IMG/VR virus record: IMGVR_UViG_3300025534_000018
Location: 1-39,963 of that record
Origin: a virus
Taxonomy: Duplodnaviria; Caudoviricetes
Direction: 5' to 3' (one strand)
Length of the DNA stretch: 39,963 nucleotides
Under the pieces are notes generated by a model. The model had not been told where the DNA came from and searched no databases. It saw only the letters and a program-made list of their open reading frames with translations. Made by a program: the position numbers and the translations under genes. Position 1 is the first letter of the stretch; the number at the start of each line of letters is the position of its first letter. Of the stretch, positions 8,420-16,372 are shown piece after piece.

Positions 8420-9973
8420 ATGGAACGTTTACCTCACGGTGAATACGTAATATACCTTAGAAAAAGCCGTGCTGATCTGGAAGCAGAAGCACGCGGAGAA
8501 GGCGAAACATTAGCAAAGCATAAAAAGGCATTATTCAAGCTTGCCAATCACTATAAATTAAACATTGCAGAAGTATACGAGGAAATCGTCTCCGGTGAAC
8601 GATTAACAGACCGCACAGAAATGCTGCGTCTCCTGGACAGGTTGAATGATGACCCACCAGCCGGCGTTCTCGTGATGGATCTCGACCGATTAAGCCGTGG
8701 GAGTATGCAAGAGCAAGGATTCATTCTGGAGACATTTCGCAGCAACAATGTCCTTATTGTCACACCAACAAAGGTTCTTGATTTGAATGACGAGTCTGAT
8801 GAATTCCAGGCCGATATATCCTCTCTTTTCGCAAGACGTGAATTAAAGATGATCACTAGACGTTTACAACGAGGAAAGGATCTGTCTGCGGAATCCGGTA
8901 ATTTTGTATCCGCGAGACCTCCTTATGGATATGATATTCATTTCCTTGAAGACGGCAGCCGTACTCTTAAACCAAACGATCAGGCTGATATTGTAAGATT
9001 GATGTTTCAATGGGCTGATGAAGGGATAAGTACGAGGGATATAGCTGAAAGATTAACGAAAATGAACATCCCCACTTACTTCGGGAGAAAAGAGTGGAAC
9101 TTTAACGTTGTATTGCAGATCCTTCATAATCCTGTCTATATCGGACGAATCCAGTTTAGAAAAACATCACGACGCAAGATTAACCGACCGGATAAGAAGT
9201 ACGACATCAAGAAACGCCCAGCGGATAAAATGATCGACGTTCAAGGAAAACATCCGGCCATCATTGACGAATCGTTGTTTCGACGTGTACAAAAAAGGCT
9301 GAGCGATAATGTTTTGGTCAGAACCAAAAAGTCTTTAGCACCTGTAAATGCTCTTGCAGGAATCGTAAAATGCGGCAAATGCGGATTTACGATGGTGTAT
9401 AAACGTCATCCACTTAATAAGGAGTTAGGGTATCTAAGGTGCAATAACTTACACTGCAATGCCAGGCTTTCAAGGTATGATCTCATCGAAGAAAAAATAC
9501 TGAACTTTTTGAATGAGTGGCTTAAAGGCATGAAGATAGACATTAAGTCACGTAAGCCGCGGACTCCCAACACAATCATCGTGAAGGAAAAGTTGATCAA
9601 TGAGTTGAAAGATCAACTGAAAACATACGAGGAACAACGGATGAAGCAATTCGACCTCCTGGAACAAGGAATTTATACGCAAGAGGTCTTTCTCGAACGT
9701 TCCAGAACACTTGCCGAGAGGATTGAGGAAACGACCAAACGGTTGAATCAGCTGACAGAGGAAATAGAAATTGAACGGACTAGACAGAAAAACCAAAAAG
9801 AGATCGTGCCGAAGGTTGAACAGGCGATCAAGTATTATAAAACATCGAAGGATGTACAAAAAAAGAACCTTGTACTGAAAGGAATCATTCATGAAGTGAA
9901 GTATTGGAAAGAGAAGAATCAAACAGGTGATGATTTCACAATCGAGATCACACCTAAGTTCCCGGGAGAGTAG
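8420..9973 (+). CDS. Large serine recombinase (phage integrase)
   Basis: YLRKSR catalytic Ser, DLDRLSRG, PPYGY recombinase domain, CGKCG...CNNLHC zinc ribbon, coiled coil. Confidence 0.96.
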   Translation: MERLPHGEYVIYLRKSRADLEAEARGEGETLAKHKKALFKLANHYKLNIAEVYEEIVSGERLTDRTEMLRLLDRLNDDPPAGVLVMDLDRLSRGSMQEQGFILETFRSNNVLIVTPTKVLDLNDESDEFQADISSLFARRELKMITRRLQRGKDLSAESGNFVSARPPYGYDIHFLEDGSRTLKPNDQADIVRLMFQWADEGISTRDIAERLTKMNIPTYFGRKEWNFNVVLQILHNPVYIGRIQFRKTSRRKINRPDKKYDIKKRPADKMIDVQGKHPAIIDESLFRRVQKRLSDNVLVRTKKSLAPVNALAGIVKCGKCGFTMVYKRHPLNKELGYLRCNNLHCNARLSRYDLIEEKILNFLNEWLKGMKIDIKSRKPRTPNTIIVKEKLINELKDQLKTYEEQRMKQFDLLEQGIYTQEVFLERSRTLAERIEETTKRLNQLTEEIEIERTRQKNQKEIVPKVEQAIKYYKTSKDVQKKNLVLKGIIHEVKYWKEKNQTGDDFTIEITPKFPGE

Positions 9974-9974
9974 T

Positions 9975-10012
9975 TATCATTCTATGGTTTGCAAATTGAC
10001 CATAGAATGATA
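9975..10012. other. Candidate attP
   Basis: Perfect 14-bp inverted repeat TATCATTCTATGGT-(TTGCAAATTG)-ACCATAGAATGATA 1 nt after the integrase stop; AT-rich, no U-tract. Confidence 0.65.
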
Positions 10013-10024
10013 TCCATTAAGTGA

Positions 10025-10054
10025 TTGCGCTATGAATGGTGTATATAATATAAT
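10025..10054 (+). promoter_or_regulatory. SigmaA-like promoter of the RNA locus
   Basis: TTGCGC-18-TATAAT (second TATAAT at 10044); predicted start near 10061-10062 coincides with the 5' end of the tRNA-like element. Confidence 0.6.
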
Positions 10055-10061
10055 TTAGTCA

Positions 10062-10181
10062 GATGCGGTGGCGGAATAGGTAGACGCACGCTTCAGCTAC
10101 AACGGACGTATGCGCGTCAGATAACACGTGCTTGTAGTGCTCGTGATACGTCATGCAAGGTGCAAATCCTTGCCCGCATCA
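10062..10181 (+). ncRNA. tRNA-like RNA (Leu-type D-arm, no canonical anticodon arm)
   Basis: Acceptor GATGCGG/CCGCATC plus A discriminator, D-arm TGGCGGAATAGGTAGACGC, T-arm GCAAGG-TGCAAAT-CCTTGC; 120 nt long; no encoded CCA. Confidence 0.75.
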
Positions 10182-10185
10182 TTAG

Positions 10186-10437
10186 AACTGTGTGTGTAGT
10201 AGGAGGCTATGCGGATGTGCCGACCGAAGAGAAAGCGCATCTCGACTTAACCGCTCGGGGATGTGCTTCACACGGTTCGATCACGCAGGTAGCCGTACTA
10301 GATCCGGCGTATGCTCGATCGGTGCGCCGTAAACCCTGCAAATGCTTTTGCGGTTAAAGTGATCGGCGTCAATCATGGAGACGCAAAACCGCGCATTCGT
10401 TATCATTCGCTAGCCTAGCGCCGGGCATTGTACGGCT
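10186..10437 (+). ncRNA. Candidate structured non-coding RNA
   Basis: No credible long ORF; many 5-11 bp complementary segments including crossing pairs; ends at a terminator. Confidence 0.55.
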
Positions 10438-10439
10438 TT

Positions 10440-10471
10440 TAGAAAGCCCCTGCTTATGCAGGGGCTTTCTA
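10440..10471. terminator. Bidirectional intrinsic terminator
   Basis: TAGAAAGCCCCTGC-TTAT-GCAGGGGCTTTCTA between the convergent RNA locus and endolysin. Confidence 0.85.
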
Positions 10472-10495
10472 CTTAATTTTCTACTTACATATTAC

Positions 10496-11263
10496 TTATG
10501 CAATCGTCTTTCCTTTCTGAGTCGGAAGCATGAGTTCATACTGTTCGGCAAGCTGATAGAGGGTATACAGTTTTCTCTCGGCATCAGCTGCGTATTGCCC
10601 ATTGTTGTAATAGATGCTGTATAGGTGATTGACACGAGCATAGAGTTCTTGTATGGCGATCGCACGATGTTCTCCCTTCCTCCGGTAATCCATCTCCATG
10701 ATGATCTGGCGAACGTCATTCCTAACCTGGTTCATATCGAATCCTGGACATGCTGTGTTGTGCGTGATCTCGCCATGCCCTTTCACTTCATCGACTGGAA
10801 TTCCGAAGATCTCCATGACGGTGATGATGGCTCCGTACAACGCCTGACGTTCATCATTGGTGAGAGATCGCTGCGTGAAGTTCCCTTCTACAACAATGGC
10901 AATGGTGTCGTAGTTGTTGGATTGTGTGTGCCAGGTTAAGGCCAAGAGATCGTTCACCTGCTGGATCTTTCCGCCTTTGATGTAGATGTGGTAGGCGATA
11001 CCGCCATAATCCTTGCTGATATGATAGTTCGCATGCCCTGCTGCTGTTCCTTCTACCCCCGTATGATGAACGGAGATACGCTTGATGTCGCTGAATGAGC
11101 GTGGCCCCGATCTTACCGAACCATCCTGACGGCGAAGTGGCATTGTGAGCCATGAACCCTTTGGATTCTTTGGCAGCTTATCTGTGATATCCTCGATCTC
11201 TGGCAAGTGAAATGGCAGATCACTCGCCAACTTGATCTGCCTGAGAGTAGTCAACTGCGTCAT
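10496..11263 (-). CDS. Endolysin, N-acetylmuramoyl-L-alanine amidase (Amidase_2/PGRP-like)
   Basis: ISVHHT, GIAYHIYI, TWHT..NN, VKGHGE, TACPG zinc-amidase motifs; start MTQLTT. Confidence 0.9.
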   Translation of the reverse strand: MTQLTTLRQIKLASDLPFHLPEIEDITDKLPKNPKGSWLTMPLRRQDGSVRSGPRSFSDIKRISVHHTGVEGTAAGHANYHISKDYGGIAYHIYIKGGKIQQVNDLLALTWHTQSNNYDTIAIVVEGNFTQRSLTNDERQALYGAIITVMEIFGIPVDEVKGHGEITHNTACPGFDMNQVRNDVRQIIMEMDYRRKGEHRAIAIQELYARVNHLYSIYYNNGQYAADAERKLYTLYQLAEQYELMLPTQKGKTIA

Positions 11264-11447
11264 TCTGCTTCGCCCCCCTCGCTCTGGCTGTATCGATTGC
11301 AGATTCACCGATAATCCATGAGATCACAAGGCCGGCGAATGTGAGAACTGTGTCCTGATCGATACCGAGATCAAGACCATCGTTCAGAACGACAAGAATT
11401 GCCGTAATAACGGCCATCCAGAACTTCCTGCTTTTGAAGCGTTGCAT
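11220..11447 (-). CDS. Holin
   Basis: MQRFKSRKFW plus two hydrophobic segments; own AAGGAGG SD; upstream of amidase. Confidence 0.8.
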   Translation of the reverse strand: MQRFKSRKFWMAVITAILVVLNDGLDLGIDQDTVLTFAGLVISWIIGESAIDTARARGAKQNDAVDYSQADQVGE

Positions 11448-11813
11448 TAGTTTCAACCTCCTTAAAGTCATGTGTCGTTTGACAGATTGGACAATAGATA
11501 ACACCTTTCGTGACAATATGAAACGCTTTGATGAGATTGGTTGAGTATTTGCTTCTGATGGCTTTAAGGTATTCGCATTCCATGTAATTCCCCTTTCTTT
11601 CAGTAACAGATCGATTTTTGCTTCTATGCGCTGTTGATTTTGAACATATTCCTTGACCTCTGACTCATCTTGAAACAGCCAAGGGATGAACTTCTGCATC
11701 CGTTTCTTGATCCTTCTCTGGCGCAGGATGACATATAGAACTGCCCCTAGACTGGATAAGGTCAGACCGTTCCTCCATATCGCATATCCGGCTTCGATCA
11801 GAAAGTCGTACAA
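11220..11813 (-). CDS. N-terminally extended in-frame holin isoform (membrane protein)
   Basis: Frame open from TTG at 11813 (GAGGGTGA SD) through a TM segment and coiled coil into the holin. Confidence 0.5.
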   Translation of the reverse strand: MYDFLIEAGYAIWRNGLTLSSLGAVLYVILRQRRIKKRMQKFIPWLFQDESEVKEYVQNQQRIEAKIDLLLKERGITWNANTLKPSEANTQPISSKRFILSRKVLSIVQSVKRHMTLRRLKLMQRFKSRKFWMAVITAILVVLNDGLDLGIDQDTVLTFAGLVISWIIGESAIDTARARGAKQNDAVDYSQADQVGE

Positions 11814-11940
11814 ATTGATCACCCTCGTATAAGAGCTTATCCGCTGTATCATCGGGTGGTGGATATAACCTTCTGAGAATGCGCAATGTTTTAAGAGAAA
11901 CCGTGCAACTCATCGGCTGCATCCTGATCATAGGCATCAC
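11665..11940 (-). CDS. Small hypothetical protein heading the lysis cassette
   Basis: AGGAGTG SD; 3' half overlaps the next gene in another frame. Confidence 0.4.
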   Translation of the reverse strand: MMPMIRMQPMSCTVSLKTLRILRRLYPPPDDTADKLLYEGDQFVRLSDRSRICDMEERSDLIQSRGSSICHPAPEKDQETDAEVHPLAVSR

Positions 11941-11961
11941 TCCTAATGAAACAGGCCGCCA

Positions 11962-14900
11962 TTATCTGGCGACCTGCTCTGCAATTATATTCGCTTCTCT
12001 CGCAAGGTTATTAAGCATCTTTTGCAGTTCTCTGTTCGTTTCCTTCTTCTGCTCACTGGTCAATGTCTTATCACTCTCAACCGCCCTCATTTGCTTCCGA
12101 ACATCAGACATGGCATCCGATACTCGATTCATGAACTTCCTCAAATCGTCATGGTATCCTTTAGGCACGACACCGGTCTGCTGAATATCCTTATACATGG
12201 TGTCGAGCTTATCCTTTGTCTCGTAGAACTTGCTCATGAGGTTGTTGGAGTAAACCGGATCAACGGTCACCTGGCGTAAAAGAGTATCCGCAACGGTAGC
12301 ACCCTCACTTGTTGCAGGGATCCCCAACTGACCTAGCACGCCTGTATAGGACTTGATCAGGTGATCAATTTGCTTAGGAGATAAATTTAGCTTATCCCCG
12401 ATCCATTTTGAAATTTCACTCGTCCTGGAATCATATTGGAGGCGTGGTGATACGCCTTCCAGATACCCAGGGACGATAGAAGCGCCTGCGAAGTTCTTAT
12501 TCGCTCGGATATCGGAGAACGGGCCGAAAATCGTGTCTGCGGTCGGATCAGGAAGCTTACCCTCAATCGCCGTATCCTGGACAATACCGCTCATTCCGGC
12601 CGGCAGGAATTGATTGACCACTGTTGTCGCAAACTCCCTGAATGCATCGGGGTCTTCGTCCTTCCACATTCTCAGAATTCGTTCCGGTAGATTGGAGAAC
12701 GGAACCATGAGCACTTGTGGTTTTGGGATACGGACGAATGGATTCTTCTCATCTCCTGTCGGGATCAGATAGTAATTGTCCTTCAGATACTCGGATGTCT
12801 CCTGGTATTCCTTCTTATCATGATTGAGTGCATACAGAACCAGTGTCGGAACCGTGATCGAAGCAAAGGCTTTTACTCCTGCTGCAACCGGATTGTCCTT
12901 GAATATACGTATGGCCTTGTCCAGACCCTGAACAGATGCATTCCAGTACAGGATGAATGGATCTAGTTGTGGTGACACCTTTCCCCTGCGCTTGAAGTTA
13001 ACTGTGATGTCGTTGGCTTCGAACAGACCTCTCAGCCTGTTCTCGTAGGTGTCAGATTGCTTCACCATCCGCTTAAATTCTCCTAGCCGTGGAGCTGCTT
13101 CCAAGGCATTGTTGAAGTTCTCGATTTTTCCCAGGAGAGAACCGAGATAATCCTTCGGCAACCGGTTCCCAATGATCTCTCGCTTGCTCTGTGCGAGTAG
13201 ATTCCGATCCGCAGCAACCGCCGATGCATGACCGCCCCCAACGTTCTTGAAGGACTGATACAGCTTCCCGTTGCTCAAGGCGCTCACAAATCCCTCAATG
13301 AGATCATATCCGAATCTCAACGGGTTGTTGGTTGTCTTGGATGCGATATATGCCATTGGGATATCTCGGAACATGTTTCGCGTCACAGAGAATACCGGGT
13401 TCGCGCCGGTTGTCAGCAGCTTAACAACCCTCGTTGTGTTGGAAATGGCGTTCATCAGAACTCCTTGCGCCGGCGGATTTAGTCCAGAAATGGCATCCAA
13501 AAGTTGAGGATCATTGATCCGTACATGCACCGGTTCCCCATTCATCATGACACGAATTACATTGTCCTTGTCCAAGTTCTTCTTAGAGGATTTGTTGAAC
13601 AGGATTTCGAAGTCGTTGTTAAGCTGATTGACAAGACCGTCTATGCCCTCTTTCTCCATGATTTCGTTGATCTGCTTGATGGATGTATGACGTGCTGCCG
13701 ACTGTTCGGGAACAAGTTCTGCCCATCCCTCCAGAGCTTCTGGATCCCTTCGGATGATGTTAACAAGGTTCTGCATGACTTGATTTCGTTTCGATGCCTT
13801 AACCATTGCGTCTACATTCTCGATGGTTGTTTCGATCGGGCTAATGATGAGACGTTGCGAACCGGTTTTTGAATACTTCCTCACCGGTGCGGACTGATCT
13901 CCGAATCCCCGTTTCGCCCTAAGTCCACTTCTCGACTTCTCGATCTCGTCAAAGTGACGTTGCATCGGGACATAGAACGGGTTTTCATCCAACCACTTGT
14001 TCAGCACATTTTCAGAGATAAGACCGGTGTCAACAAGCCAACTCTTAGCAAGGTTATAACGGAACTGATAGTATTCCTCAGCCATTTCCTTGAACTGCGG
14101 ATATTTCTGTTCATACTCCGCTACCTTCCTTGCACCGAACTCCGGTGTCCAGTTCAGTTCATCACGGTACACCTTCTCCCCTCGGGCGTGGCGAGTTATG
14201 GCATGTTTATTTACCAGATAATCCTCGAAGTCAACTTGTTTGCCTTTTGGCAGCTTTTTTAGTATTTCCTTAAACGACTTGCCGATCACATTCCCCTTTG
14301 AGTCCACCATGTTTTCGGTCAGTATTTGCTTGGTGATGATGTCGCTTCCCCTGGAGGTAATAGCAGGGATATACGTTCCCTCACTGGCTTTCAGCTTCCT
14401 TCCAAGTATCTTCTCGGCGTTCTTGTCGAAGTTCTGGAAGCTGAACAGATCATCCACGGTGTTGATGTAGGATTGCTTGATCTTCGCATTGAGCGTGGTT
14501 TCAGGCTTCCTCGTCTTGGTCATGAGTTGCGACTTTGTATCGCTCGATAGGTTGTCATAAAGTCGTGCCTTTTGTGCGAACGGAACGATACCAATGCCGC
14601 TTACGTTGTTATCCCGTACTAGCGGATTGTCAGGGTCAACCTTTGCACTCTCGATCATGTTCTCGACCATTTCACGGGCGTTCTGGGCGTTTGTTGGTTC
14701 AACTAGTGTATTTTCCTTGATAGATTCGAAAACGCCGCCAGAAGGCGATTCTTGCGGTCTAGCGATGTTTCCTTCAACGATGTTGTTGTCAACTATACTC
14801 ACTCCTCGATTCGTTCGCATGATCGAACCCTTGATTGGAGAATCTGTGATGTTAATAGCCGGATCCATTTCACGGATAGATGCACGTATTGCATCACGAA

Positions 14901-16368
14901 CTGACTCAAGGGTTTTTACCGCTTCATCGTATCCATTATGTTCTTTCCAGGACGGCACACGATATCCAGCTTCAATGAAACCTTCATCCACATGCTTTTT
15001 TGCAAGTTCGTACAATTCTTTTCGGTTCGGTTTGCGATTGTTCTGCTTATAAAACTCCCGATACCATTCTGGGTTGGTCGATGTCCTTCCTACACGTCCA
15101 ATCACTTCACCTTGCTGGTTCCGAAGCAAACTTCCTTGCTGCACGCCGCCACGATTAGCTATAGATGTTTTCAGATATTCATACTGGTCGTTGATCGCCT
15201 TTTCGTAACGACTCTTAAGTATACGAATTTCGTTTTCGATTTCCTTCAAGTCGTTACGAGCTTCCTGAATGTTCTTAATCCGTGCGGAAGTATCCGGACT
15301 AGCTTCTGGCAGTTTGAAGGTATACTCATTCACAATTGGATCTGATCCGTATTCTTGGATCCTTCTCTGCTCCGCCTGTTTAATACGCTGATCACGCCTA
15401 GGAGTCGGTAGCGCAAGTGTTTGTGGAGTTATTTCTTGTGGTCGATATTTTATGACGATTCTTTTCACTGATTCACTCACAAGAGGCATTAGTCCTCCCA
15501 ACGCACCACCAGCAGCCCCACCAATGGCACCTTCAACAAGCGCATCCCTTTCATCCCCTCCACGAGCAAGAGCCATAGCGCCGCCTTCCACCGCACCTGT
15601 TATGCCTTCCCTAACGGCTTCATTAACGACTCGTTGAGCGGTAGGATTCGACACCTTTGACGCTGCGGTCTGTGCTATCCGTTGTGTAACAGGGTTGTTA
15701 TAAATCTGACCCACAATACTGGCTTGTCCTGGAACAACGCTTGTCACGCCGCCTGGGTTGACAAATACACTTCCGAGTGCACCGCCAACATCTGCGACTG
15801 TATCAGCGATCTTGCTGCCGGTTGTTGGCGTTTCGAATAGCGGCTCTTGCCCTAACATCCCAGCAGCGCTCTGTCCGACACGAGAGAGGAAGGAACCGAC
15901 TGGATTCTCGAGAAAGAACCGGTCAATGGCTTGATATCCACTTCTTACCGCCTGACCAAATGCATTGTCTGGCAGCATCTTCGCCCGTTCGGCATCCCGG
16001 TATGCCAATTCCTCCTCGATTGATCTAACACCGCTGGATGGCGCTGTTTCTCTCGCCTTTGATTGTTCCTCATTCAACCTTGCAAGCATTGGCTTCTCAA
16101 TAGGAGGTGTTTCCGGTTGTGTCCGAGTGAGACCGGTAAGCGTTTGTGTATCGGCGTATTGCTTGGCGGATTCAACTGCTTTCTGCCTTTCTGCTTGCTT
16201 CAACCTATCCGTGTCCGCAATAAACTTATCATGAGACTGAACGGCGGTGTTGAAGATGTCCATTTTGATGGCCTTGTTCTTTTCCTTAGTCTCTTGCTCC
16301 AGGCGAGCGAACACGCCTCCTGAGGATGAGGGTGTCTGACCTTGCTTCAATTGTTCAAAAACACTCAT
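11962..16368 (-). CDS. Giant internal virion/ejection protein, LPD38-type C-terminal domain
   Basis: 1468 aa; NPVFSVTRNMFRD, EAAPRLGEF, DITVNFKRRG, ILYWNASVQG, RIPKP, LSPKQIDHLIKSYTGVLG motifs; located after the tail genes. Confidence 0.75.
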   Translation of the reverse strand: MSVFEQLKQGQTPSSSGGVFARLEQETKEKNKAIKMDIFNTAVQSHDKFIADTDRLKQAERQKAVESAKQYADTQTLTGLTRTQPETPPIEKPMLARLNEEQSKARETAPSSGVRSIEEELAYRDAERAKMLPDNAFGQAVRSGYQAIDRFFLENPVGSFLSRVGQSAAGMLGQEPLFETPTTGSKIADTVADVGGALGSVFVNPGGVTSVVPGQASIVGQIYNNPVTQRIAQTAASKVSNPTAQRVVNEAVREGITGAVEGGAMALARGGDERDALVEGAIGGAAGGALGGLMPLVSESVKRIVIKYRPQEITPQTLALPTPRRDQRIKQAEQRRIQEYGSDPIVNEYTFKLPEASPDTSARIKNIQEARNDLKEIENEIRILKSRYEKAINDQYEYLKTSIANRGGVQQGSLLRNQQGEVIGRVGRTSTNPEWYREFYKQNNRKPNRKELYELAKKHVDEGFIEAGYRVPSWKEHNGYDEAVKTLESVRDAIRASIREMDPAINITDSPIKGSIMRTNRGVSIVDNNIVEGNIARPQESPSGGVFESIKENTLVEPTNAQNAREMVENMIESAKVDPDNPLVRDNNVSGIGIVPFAQKARLYDNLSSDTKSQLMTKTRKPETTLNAKIKQSYINTVDDLFSFQNFDKNAEKILGRKLKASEGTYIPAITSRGSDIITKQILTENMVDSKGNVIGKSFKEILKKLPKGKQVDFEDYLVNKHAITRHARGEKVYRDELNWTPEFGARKVAEYEQKYPQFKEMAEEYYQFRYNLAKSWLVDTGLISENVLNKWLDENPFYVPMQRHFDEIEKSRSGLRAKRGFGDQSAPVRKYSKTGSQRLIISPIETTIENVDAMVKASKRNQVMQNLVNIIRRDPEALEGWAELVPEQSAARHTSIKQINEIMEKEGIDGLVNQLNNDFEILFNKSSKKNLDKDNVIRVMMNGEPVHVRINDPQLLDAISGLNPPAQGVLMNAISNTTRVVKLLTTGANPVFSVTRNMFRDIPMAYIASKTTNNPLRFGYDLIEGFVSALSNGKLYQSFKNVGGGHASAVAADRNLLAQSKREIIGNRLPKDYLGSLLGKIENFNNALEAAPRLGEFKRMVKQSDTYENRLRGLFEANDITVNFKRRGKVSPQLDPFILYWNASVQGLDKAIRIFKDNPVAAGVKAFASITVPTLVLYALNHDKKEYQETSEYLKDNYYLIPTGDEKNPFVRIPKPQVLMVPFSNLPERILRMWKDEDPDAFREFATTVVNQFLPAGMSGIVQDTAIEGKLPDPTADTIFGPFSDIRANKNFAGASIVPGYLEGVSPRLQYDSRTSEISKWIGDKLNLSPKQIDHLIKSYTGVLGQLGIPATSEGATVADTLLRQVTVDPVYSNNLMSKFYETKDKLDTMYKDIQQTGVVPKGYHDDLRKFMNRVSDAMSDVRKQMRAVESDKTLTSEQKKETNRELQKMLNNLAREANIIAEQVAR

Positions 16369-16372
16369 CAGA

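Noticed and set aside
7900-8420. Arbitrium or Rap-Phr communication system near the integrase
   Set aside because: No TPR receptor or secreted pro-peptide gene seen
10062-10181. Ordinary tRNA-Leu(CAG), intron-containing tRNA, or tmRNA
   Set aside because: No 5-bp anticodon stem with a 7-nt loop; the insert is far too short for a group I intron; no G3-U70 pair and no internal tag ORF
10160-10357. 65-aa ORF from the ORF track
   Set aside because: Starts inside the T-arm, has no SD, and overlies the structured RNA
10220-10390. Hammerhead, twister or theta/HDV ribozyme (CCGAAGAG resembles CUGANGA)
   Set aside because: I could not assemble the required GAAA/NUH core or HDV nested pseudoknot by eye; needs cmscan
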